The notes under the pieces are model-generated. The model had not been told where the DNA came from. It saw nothing but the letters and a program-made list of their open reading frames with translations, and did no database searches. Source: Daphnia carinata (lineage: Eukaryota). Taken from it: 64,000 bases of DNA. The stretch spans positions 2,356,001 to 2,420,000 of the forward strand of contig NC_081332.1 in assembly GCF_022539665.2 (NCBI RefSeq). Direction: 5' to 3'. The position numbers were made by a program, and so were the translations under genes. Shown here piece after piece: positions 53,901-64,000 of the stretch (the stretch's first letter is position 1; each line of letters opens with the position of its first letter).

Positions 53901-56900
53901 CGTGGTAACGCATAAACAGGGTCACTGTCGTGAGATAAATAAATGAACGTCGCGTTGAAAGCATACACACACAAGGTGCCATCCAAAATGCCAACGAAAT
54001 CCCTTTTTCTTTTGTTGATAAATTGCAATTCAAAATTGATGACACTTGGCTGCTTTTGATGTGTAATAAAAAGAGGGAAACGATCCTCTCCAACGGCATG
54101 TTGGGTTAGCCTATAACGTGGTAATAATAGTAATAGAATCTGACCTGCTGCCGTTTCCAATTGAAAAAAGCTGATTGTACGGCAAATGTCTCTGGAACAC
54201 GCACGCATTGAAAAATACCTCTCCCGAGACGTGAATCCATTCGGCAACCATTACACATAATTACGTTCCAGGCAGGTCGGCTCATTTTTTTTTTTCTATT
54301 TTATAACTACAATGTTACGACCTTAAATGTTAACACCTTTAAAACTCGCGTTTGTTAACAGGACCTTCAACAACGCTAAATTACGTAAGTTTAAACCCAC
54401 ATATTGTTTAAATACCCCCCTTAAATTGGACTTACGTTGACATTAACACCTGGCAGATCGTAAACGATCAACTGCGGTGTTTCTCGTGGAACGAACCGGA
54501 AGAACTCGACTGATTGCAGCTCGTCGTCCTTGTACCATTTGACGGAGTAGAGCCGCTCGTTCTCCATGTCGACGTCGCATAGCAGGGCCGCTCCTTCACC
54601 CGCTTGAATCACGCTGGGCACAGATACCTGCAGCAACTGGATGCCTTCCGTTCCAGCTTTAAGTTAAAAAAAACAAAAAAAAACAACTGTTCTTTTACTA
54701 GAAGAACGTAATCATCAAAATCGAGCAGTGAATAGCGTTGGACGGGCAATTAAAAACGGGGAATGCGAATGAACGAAGATAACCTACTCCATCAGCATGA
54801 TTTGTGCGTATATAATGAGCGTCGGGTATGGCCTTCAACAGTCGTAGAGAATGAAGCTTTTCCATTTCTTTTGCTGCATCCCCCTCCGCCCCCCCCCCCC
54901 CACTTCTATGTTTTTTCCGTATATAAGCATACATATATCGCATGTTTCATCAGGCTAATTCGCAAGACAAGTAGAACAGCGCCCCGGCATTTCACATTAT
55001 TGGTGGCGTCCAGCACGCACGACGTTGCACGCTCACTGCCGTCCACCCCAATTTTTCATCTACACACAAATAACAAACAGAGAGAGAGAGAGGGAGGAAA
55101 AAAAAGCTGGTCCTTGATTTTTGCTTCTCGATGGCGACTTTTGGAAAAAAAAAAAAAGCTCCAACCCCCCCCACCCCACTGCTCGTGCTTGTCGAGCAAC
55201 TCTTGTATATAGCCTTTCTTCCACCCCCTCCCCCTCTGTGTGTGTGTGTTATGTGTGTCCCTTTCACCCTGTCGTTGCAGCAGACACACCCATCTTACCT
55301 TTTATACTTCGTGTGCTTGTCCACTCTCTTGTCAGCTGACAAGTTTCTGAAATCGATACACGATACGAGAGGAGCGAAACAAGTTATGAGAGACCAAAAG
55401 TTTATAAAGGGGGCGCCGAAAATCCTATACGCGTCGCTATACAACATCTATAGCTCGGAAATAGCGACGCACAGCCGTCCAGCCCATGCCAGCTGTGCTA
55501 CTACACGTACTTCGCCTATTTTTATTTCTATATGTAGACGCCAAAAATTTAAAAAAGAAAAGAAAAAAAAAACGATGTTGAAAATTGCGCACTCTTTTTC
55601 ACCTGAGGATTTCTGGCTGTTCCTTTCCTCCCCCCCCCCCCTCTTCCCTGCCCATTAATTGTGTATATGCATCGATATCGTTGTGTAAAAAGTTCAATTT
55701 TTATTTTTTGAAAAAAAAAAAAAAAGAAGGAAAGTAAAAGTCGTTGGTATATCTTTGTCGCGGACGCCCCCTATCCCGATGGATTAGTCATTGGCGTGTT
55801 GGAGCGCGCGATGCGGGGCTTTCCTGACGAGCGGAATCAAATAATAGCTACTCCACATATATATATGCCCACTCATTCAAAAAAAAGATAACTCGGGGAA
55901 CACTCTTCCATGTACTACTTTCTTGATGTGTGTGTTTTGTTTTTTGGGGGAGTGTGTGTGTGTGTGTGTTTGTGTGTGCCTCTTCGACGTGCGTGACGTC
56001 ACATTCCCATGGCATTCGGCAAAGGGGGGGGGGGGGATTTTTGATGATGATGATAAGAGTTTTTTTTTTTTTGTTCCGGTGTTGATATGCCATCAGATGG
56101 CGCCGATAGCGAAACCGCAGTGTTACATCACACACATTTTGTATGGGAAACAATTAAATCTATATATTAAGGTTGAAAAGCCCCCTTTCGTTCGGTGCTT
56201 ACTCCGACGTCTGATTAGAGGTGTAAGATGATTAAAATGTTTTGCCGGTATAGTAGTAGTTAATTATTTGGTGAGTATCCTGACAGAGATCGAACAACGG
56301 ATATTTGAGCGGTAAAAGCCCTTCCCTTGAAGGGTGAGTAACACCTATCCGGAATACACGGCGGGTCGTTAGCAAAAGAATGGGGAAAAACAAAGCAAAA
56401 ACAAAAAAAAGGCGAATGAGAGTAAATCAGCTATTGATCTGTTGGATAACAAACAGCAAAGGCCGGAATCAGAAATTAGCGCACTCCCATCTATAGACGA
56501 GCCCAGCCAGCGCTAAAGACTGTACCTCTCTACAGTACATATTTCTCATCCGCACAAAAAAAACAAAAAAACAAAAACAACAACAGTCGATGCGGCGAAA
56601 ATGATATAATCGCGTAAACATTAAAGACTACGTTTGTAATTCCACTTACACATTCATTTTCCGAACGATGGTGAAAATAGATTTCTACTGTCATTTTTTT
56701 TTCTCTTGAACGCACCTTGTGACCTTTCTGAGAAAGACGTTTTACATGGCCGTTTAGATAGATATGCCTGCATGGCAAATCGTGGAAATAAAGAAATCCT
56801 GTTCCACCTGTAACTTGCACAAAATCTGAGGAGAAAAAAGAAACTCTAAACTCTTTCGTTATATTCCCCGCGATTTGTTTTGTCAGCCGTTTATCTTTTT

Positions 56901-57472
56901 ACAACGAATTTTGTAGTGCGACGAAAGTTCTAAGCTTTCTTAAGGCTTGACGCGTTTAAATGGCCCTGCCTTCCTTCAAAAAAAAATAAAATAAATCGTT
57001 TCAAGTGCTCCACTGTTTTTCCAGCGAATAAAGAGGCCTCTCGACTGCCGAAGCGGCAGTCAACCGTAAACGTTGGATTTCATATTTTTTTTTTTTGCCT
57101 TGTTTTTTTTAACTTGTCGAACTTTTGTTCCCCGTAAGCTTTGCAGCACACGGTACAATCATTTGTTCCTTTCTCTCGGCTGATTATACTCCTTCAAATA
57201 AATTCAGGAAATAAACTTTGCAAATGGGATTTTCCGTCTGATTAACTTGCGAGCGGATCATTTTCAGAAGCCCACGCATCCAGCAGAAAAGCACAAACAT
57301 AAAATTTTTTAAAGACATACAACACATTATGTATTACCTTGATACGATTAGCTATGAATGTTTTGTATGACTTACGAGCGAGGCGTAAAATAACGAGGAT
57401 AGCCGTGATCCACTGGATAAATCGCAAGTTGGCAATCATCGCCGGCACTCGATTGTTCACGCGCACATCCAT
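50956..57472 (-). CDS. Beaten path (Beat)-like two-Ig-domain secreted/cell-surface protein; approx. exons 57472-57376, 54656-54436, 53797-53723, 53646-53593, 53512-53476, 53404-53301, 53185-52846, 51071-50956
   Basis: Signal-peptide-like exon (MIANLRFIQWITAILVILRLA). Ig1: LLCDVDMENERLYSVKWYKD..EFFRFVPRE...SSGHYRCEVSAEGPSF. Ig2: PTITGGKSSYRAGDLVDVNCTSAASKPAANIRWFINE...LTLRCVAS. Hydrophobic C-terminus. All exon phases are consistent. Confidence 0.88.
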
Positions 57473-60400
57473 TGAGTCCAAAAGAAAAAAAAAACGTGTT
57501 AGAAGAACAGGTTGCTGATTCACTTGATCATCTAGCGGTTTCTTTCCCAGTACAACAATTTTTGTTTGTTTCTTGAAATTTCAAAAACACAATACTCTAG
57601 TCAAAGCGGACGAGCGTTTGCTGCACGGCTGACTGACGCGTAGGCTTTACAAGGCCAAAATAATGGAGTTAAAAAATCGGCTTTGCTCGCTGTTCCAATG
57701 ATGACGTGCACATTAGTAATTTAAAAAAAAAAGACGTTCGTGTCACTCGGGAATGAAGAAAGAAAAAAAAATTGGTTTCTAACACACGAAGTCTAGATGT
57801 TCAACGTCGATATTGCTGTGTGTGTGTAACTGCTTTTTTATTTTTCAAAAGAAAATAGCGAACTGTTAACAGATTTGATCGTCGGCGGCGGTTTGAACGT
57901 AACAATGTAGCCACCCGTTTGTGACGTGAGTGGGTTAAGGTGTGAAAGAGAAACACACGCGACCACGATAGTATAAGCTAAAAGGAGGGGGGGGAGAATC
58001 TAGTTGGTGGAAGAGAGTCGGAAGCAGCCAAGGAGAGCGTCAGCGTCTGCGCTGCAAGTTGGATTATTTAATGCCGACCTGTGTGCCCACCAAATTTCTA
58101 CTTGCTGTCGAGGCCATTCCCATGCAGGGATCCGTTTAACGAGATGTCTGTGTGTTCATCATCTGTTACAGGCAAAAGGAAACCACTTTTCATTAAAACA
58201 ATGATGGACTCTTTTGTTCTTGAGCTTCTAATCAAACGTGTATGTCAGAGAAATATACTAAAATAAATTGATCAAGAATAAATAAATAATTAAGATTTTA
58301 AACACAATGTCTCGTAGTTTGCGTTTTGATAAATTTCTTTTACCGACGCGGGCAGGATGGCTGTTTTTCTCACGGTACTCTAAGAATAAATCACGACGAA
58401 AAAAAAAAAAAATAATAATAAATTGCTCTGCAAACTGCAATCCAATTGGACAAGTTCTGATAAAAGCTGTGGCAACACGATCGGCAAACACCTGCCCAAT
58501 CCAGACCACTCCCAAAAACTATGTCGTTTTTGCGACATACTCTATTTATTTATTACACCTCTGATTTAGTTTATTTCACATCGATCATATCGCACCTTAT
58601 AATCGTAGACCTTTAAAAATCTCACCTTATACTTCTATTTAGTACATACCGGAGAAGAAGGCCATCACCCATCTGCTTTTGACGAGTGTCAAGCACTTAA
58701 AAGAAAAGTCGTTTCCCTCAATAATAACCTAATAGCTCGTTGAAATAGTCTTATACCACCGCCCCATTTTGATCTTATGGCTATTGCCGATCGTAAAAAA
58801 AACAAAACAAAAAAAACTATCAAGCCCACTCGAAAACCAGCTGATGGAGATCGCGTATCGTTCGAGGAAGGCTCTCACCTTTTCACAAGCAACGCGTGGC
58901 TTGTTTCTTTTTTTTTTTTCTAGCCCCCCACCATTTTTCCCTTTGACAATGCCATGCATGCGTCAACGATAACCAACATGGGCTACGTGAATTCAATCAA
59001 AATTGTCACGAAAGGCAACGCCCTTACCTCGTATGCATATGTACGTATCTAGGGCAACGCAAATACGTATCTAACAGACTCGTTCGATCGCCTGTCGATT
59101 TCGTTTTTTACCAACTGTCAAAAGGGATAGACCACGAAATCTCGAATCCCTCTGTACATTGTTTTTTCTTTCACAAATTGTCGAGGAAGGAAATGATATT
59201 CGTTGGGGATGGATCATCAACTAGCGAGCAAAAGTCAATGGCGAGTTTTGGTTCAGCAACTGGATTAGGTATTCTGACCCGATCTGCTTTCGCACTCTGT
59301 AGAGCTACATGTCATGCCCAGGCAACGAATGATGACAGTAGAACTTGAGGTGCAGTTCATAAGGTAGTTTTCTTTTGAGTTCCTCCACTAAGTCGTGTGT
59401 ATAGTGGCCCGAGAGATGTGAAGTGGCTATACAACGAAAAGAGGAAACTCGAAAAAAAAAACCCGGACCAAGAGAATTTGCATAGCCATTTCTGTTCAGA
59501 GCACAGGTTGATACGTTTGTATTTTGCAATTCGAATGAGATACCTCTTGAATCCTTGAGCTCGTTCATCTTCGATCTGATTTCATCGATTTCAAGTCGTG
59601 TTGGTTGTCATGTGTCCATGTCAACTGATCGATCCTTTTGTTTCGAAATGCGTTGCCGTCTCCATTTGGAAGGTGAAATCAATTGGTCATAAAAGTCGTC
59701 CAGGAGGTCCCCCCCCCCCCGTACGTTGATCTCTTATTATAAGGAATTATACAAATATTCATTTCTATTGAGCCAACCCATTGCCCCGAAACGTCTAACC
59801 TCAGTCCGTTAGACAGCACGTAAAGGCCTTTAGCAATAAAAACAAATTTAATTTGCGGATTAAGCTAAGGCTCAGTCAGACACTTGGACTACATTCATCA
59901 TTTTTTTACAACTTTTATTTACAAAATAAAATATGCAATTCAAAATTCTTTCTATGCCTTAGGCCTATTATGGTAATCGCTCATTTTTCGATAAATTCGA
60001 CATCAATGACAGTTGGTAAGATGTTGTGCCGTCTTGTGATTGCTGCCGTGCTAGTTCAACAGATTCGACGATGATGGCGGCATCTGCATAACTATGCAGA
60101 GACAACTATATCGTTGGCTGGAGGGTACCCGGAACTTTTGTCGGCGCAGCGCTTCAAAGAAACGCAAGTGACGTCTTTCAAAAACACTTAAGAAAAAAGA
60201 AGCACAAAACCGACCCTCATGTTTCTCTAAAAGCATAATTCGTTCTGTGTAGCTGTGTCCCTTACAATCTTTTTGTCTAGCAAAGAAAGAATTAAAAAAA
60301 ACGAATTAAATCAAACACAGCAAAAGAACTGTGATTTCGTAGAACTGAACTGGAAAACTCCTTACGTTGTATTTTTTTTTTTTTGCTATGAAATTTCTTT

Positions 60401-63400
60401 TCGTTTAATACGCACATTTTCAAAACAACAACGACCGTAAGTGTATAATCAATGAAAATCTCGTAACATATTGTACCGTTTCGTATATAGTTTCGTCTGC
60501 GTTGCACTTTAAAGGACGAACGAAAAATAATAAAATAAAAGGTACACCGTAAAGATTTCCAACGGCCCAGTCCTCTTTGTTTTCATTATTGTGGAGATCT
60601 CCCTATTTCGGTCCACAGGTAGAAGCAACGCAAATGAACTGGACTACGCTATTCGACAGTGTTCGTTGTTGAGCTCTTTCTGGCCAGGAGGAATACCGGC
60701 TCTCTTGTCCAGACTTGTTTGGTGTTGATCCGTGCAAGTCGACGGCGATTGCCTCATCACCTTTCATTAAAGGTATACACAAACTGATGCCCGCTCTGGT
60801 ACTCTCTCTTTCCGTTTGAAGTATTTCATTTGGCTTCCTCGCGAACTTTTCATTTCTTTTTTCTAAGAAAAAAAAAATGTTTACTGATTAGGCGATTTTG
60901 CCATCACCTGTTGACAGATGACAGCACGTAGCATTTCCTTTATCAGGACATATGGCAACGAATTAATTTGAATAATCACAAAGAGGAAAAGAAAACGCTT
61001 TACATAGAACCGGAGATGGTTTGATTACCTTTCGTTGGAAGTTTACCCTTTTTACATGCGAACGGATGGGAGGAGACATGACCGCGATTGTTCCTTAATC
61101 GTGATCTAGGGTACTCACACGTCTGAGTATTAGAAATTACTTGATCCAGCATCGGGACCGAACCACACGGGCCATCAATCGATGTCGACAAAAACGGACG
61201 ACACATGATTGTTTCCCTCTCACTGGCAATGAGTTTCAGCTACTCTTGATCGCCCAGACTCGCAGCGTTCCAGGACAAAAAGACGACACCTTGGGGGATT
61301 CTGCACAGCGAGAGAGACACACACACACACACAAAAAAAAATGGGAAAGATACAAGTTCCTATACTCAAGTCTTCTATCCATCTATATAACACATAGCAA
61401 GAGCAATATAATAGTCTAACTCATATACCGCGACGAAACGTGAGGGACTACATAGGGCCTACTAATTATCTTATGTACGAGCCAGCACGATTCGTGATCT
61501 GTTAGGCAACGACCATTCTTCCCTCTTTTATCCACTTCTCCTCCTTAAAGACAGCAGCAAAGCGTCGGCTAAACAAATGGATCGATAGTAGGCCACTTTT
61601 ATACAAGTCGGCCAGTATAATCTTGTCAACACCAATAGAAAAATAACAACAGAAAATTGAAACGGTGCAAAGAATGGACTATTATGGCCACGACTGCTTT
61701 TATTTATAAACATTGTCGCATAAATGTATAAGAAGCCGCAAAACTTCGGTGCTCGGCTTAAAACGATAGATACCAACCGCTTATTACGTGCTGGCATGTA
61801 TTTTTTTCAATTGAAAAGCAACCAAGCGTAAAGATGCTTGTTCATGGTTGCAATACTCACCCCCCCCCCCCTTTTTGGGGGGGGGTAGGTTTTCGAAGAG
61901 CCCGTGTGTTGGCCGATGACATACCGTCGAAACTCAAGAGACCATATAGCCCTCACGCTGTCACCAGCCTCAGACAAAAAGCTGCTGGTGCTGGCGGTAT
62001 TGCCGCTGTTCCCTCTGATTTCCCAATAGTCGTCGATCATTCTTCTCCCACTGCACGTCCTTTTCTGAGGTCTATACACTGCCATTCAAGTGCACCGGCG
62101 GTCTTTTTCTCTCATTTTCTTTTTTGCTTGTATGAATAAATCGTCCCCTTTGGCCATCCAACCGTTGAATACTCGTCTCAACTGGAGCGTGATTGGAACA
62201 ACAAACATATATTTATATAGTTGCCTTTATATATCGCTAGTGTAACCTTTATATATTTGCCACACGACGCGTTTAATCACTCCGTATTGGCCCGCCCGCC
62301 CTCACTCCCCAGTCTGATTTAATTTGCGCGGCCAGTACCGTGTGCTCGGCCCTTTGGCAGCACGCATTGTTCCAGCACTAACCCAATCTTGGCTTATATT
62401 CTTTCGGTGTAGAGCCCCCCAGCAGCGTGGCCCCTCTTTTTGAAATAAGAAAACTGATGAACACTTCCCTCTTGGTTGAACTTGTGTGTTGTGTAAATTG
62501 AATTACAGTTCAGGGCCATTGCATCAAGTGGTCACTCGTCTGAAAAAAAAAGTGCAAAGCAGATATAAAATATATATATATATATATATATGAGAAAGAC
62601 GGGTGAGATAGCAGACCCGGCAGCCAGTGAGAAACATTCCAAAGCCAACGATAAGACACTGATAAGTTTAGCATCGAAGTGAGAAAATGACACAGCAACC
62701 ACTCGAACACGTCCGATTTCCTTAGCCTTTTTTTTTTTTTTTTGTTTTCTTTTTGCTCTTCTCCGGATCCCTCGGCTGGCTGGATGCCCTTCACTTTCTG
62801 CAGCTATCGATTGATGTTATCTAGTTGTCTGCTGGCTGAAAAAACCTTTTCTTTTTTTTTTTTATCCATTAACTTTGCTCAAGTGACCTCACATAAGAAC
62901 CTCAAAAATGTTCGTTTAAATCAAACGGTTACAATCATTTGATACTTTAAATTGGTGCGACTTGATTGGTAAATCGATTCCACTCAGCGAGTCCTTTGCT
63001 GTTAATCGTCATTAAACCAATCATCGTCCTTGCTTGGGCTTACTGGCCATAGTTTGCCCCAATTCATCATTTATCTGCCATAACTTTTTTTTTTCGATGC
63101 TTGCCATTTTTTCACGTTTGATTGGAGAGAAACACGGACGTAAAACACAGGTCCTTACGCAATGCGTCGCTAATCGCAATTTGGCGCTTAACAAATCGAC
63201 AGTTTTATTCAAAACCAACAAGCTAAAGAAAAGAAAAGGTCCTTTTTGTTTTATGCATAGGGTAGTTTTCATTCTTTGCAGAAAAATAAACTCTAGACGG
63301 TAATAGCTGCTGATAGCCTAACGTGAATCGAATGAAGCAAACCGAATGACTCTGGTCGAATGGTAACAGTAAAAGGAGACACTGTAACTATTGGAGGAGA

Positions 63401-64000
63401 TAAAGGAAGACGAGGTGTTCCATGTCTGTGTGTGTGTGTCTAAAGACGAACGTCGAGGAAAGTAGGGTTTCATGTTAGGGATCGGAAAAAAACGGACATC
63501 GATCTTCATGTAAACCCCATACTCTCTTTCTCCTTTTAGTTTTGTTTTGTTTCCCCGTGCATCTGAACAGGAGAGAGGCACAATACTTTTCAGTGCCTAT
63601 GCAGCATTGCGTTGGTGGTGCTTTAAGCTAAACTGACTCTTCGCATCCCTAGGGCAATAAACTCTCGAGATGGGCGGGCGTCGTGATGTTTCCGAATTTC
63701 AAGTTTCTCGTTCAAAACAATTGGTTACGTATTGCTAAGAAAAAAAAAGGTATTGTTTGCCTACTAAAATAACCTGGTTGAAAACGTAACTTACTCATTT
63801 CCAAAAATGAAACCTCTTCAAGATATTCGTTTGAAAGATAAATAAGAAAGAAAAACGGCGATTTTTATTAAAATACGCCCCTCCACCATTTGTCTGAAAA
63901 AACATTAGATGTTCTCCAACCTTTAGCCGTAAGGAACCGGGACTGATATAAGAAGGTGGGCAACTTTGAACTTCATTATGGTTTTAGTACGGCCTCTCAT

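Noticed and set aside
61860..61885. C-run/T-loop/G-run hairpin
   Set aside because: Adjacent homopolymers are very common here, and no RNA-gene features are present.

Overview
AT-rich, intron-containing eukaryotic DNA. The many 60-80 nt introns and the gene content suggest an arthropod, probably a Daphnia-like crustacean (inference). Six conserved genes could be reconstructed exon by exon by eye: FAM50/XAP5 (-), Cbl E3 ligase (+), the tandem kinase MSK/RPS6KA5/JIL-1 (-), circadian Clock (-), TTC5 (+) and a beaten-path-like two-Ig cell-surface gene (-). Two structures fall outside these genes. The first is a ~2.9 kb P/Galileo-superfamily-like element (4906-7831) with long imperfect terminal inverted repeats and a decayed 7-bp target duplication. 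It sits between the divergent FAM50 and Cbl starts and carries an apparently open, spliced THAP + coiled-coil gene that stops where a transposase core would begin, so it may be a repressor-type or domesticated gene. The second is a ~2.3 kb array of nested palindromes in a ~1 kb tandem duplication (14771-17040), between the Cbl and MSK 3' ends. Most short ORFs in the supplied track are artefacts of homopolymer- and microsatellite-rich introns. All calls come from manual reading; no database searches were run.
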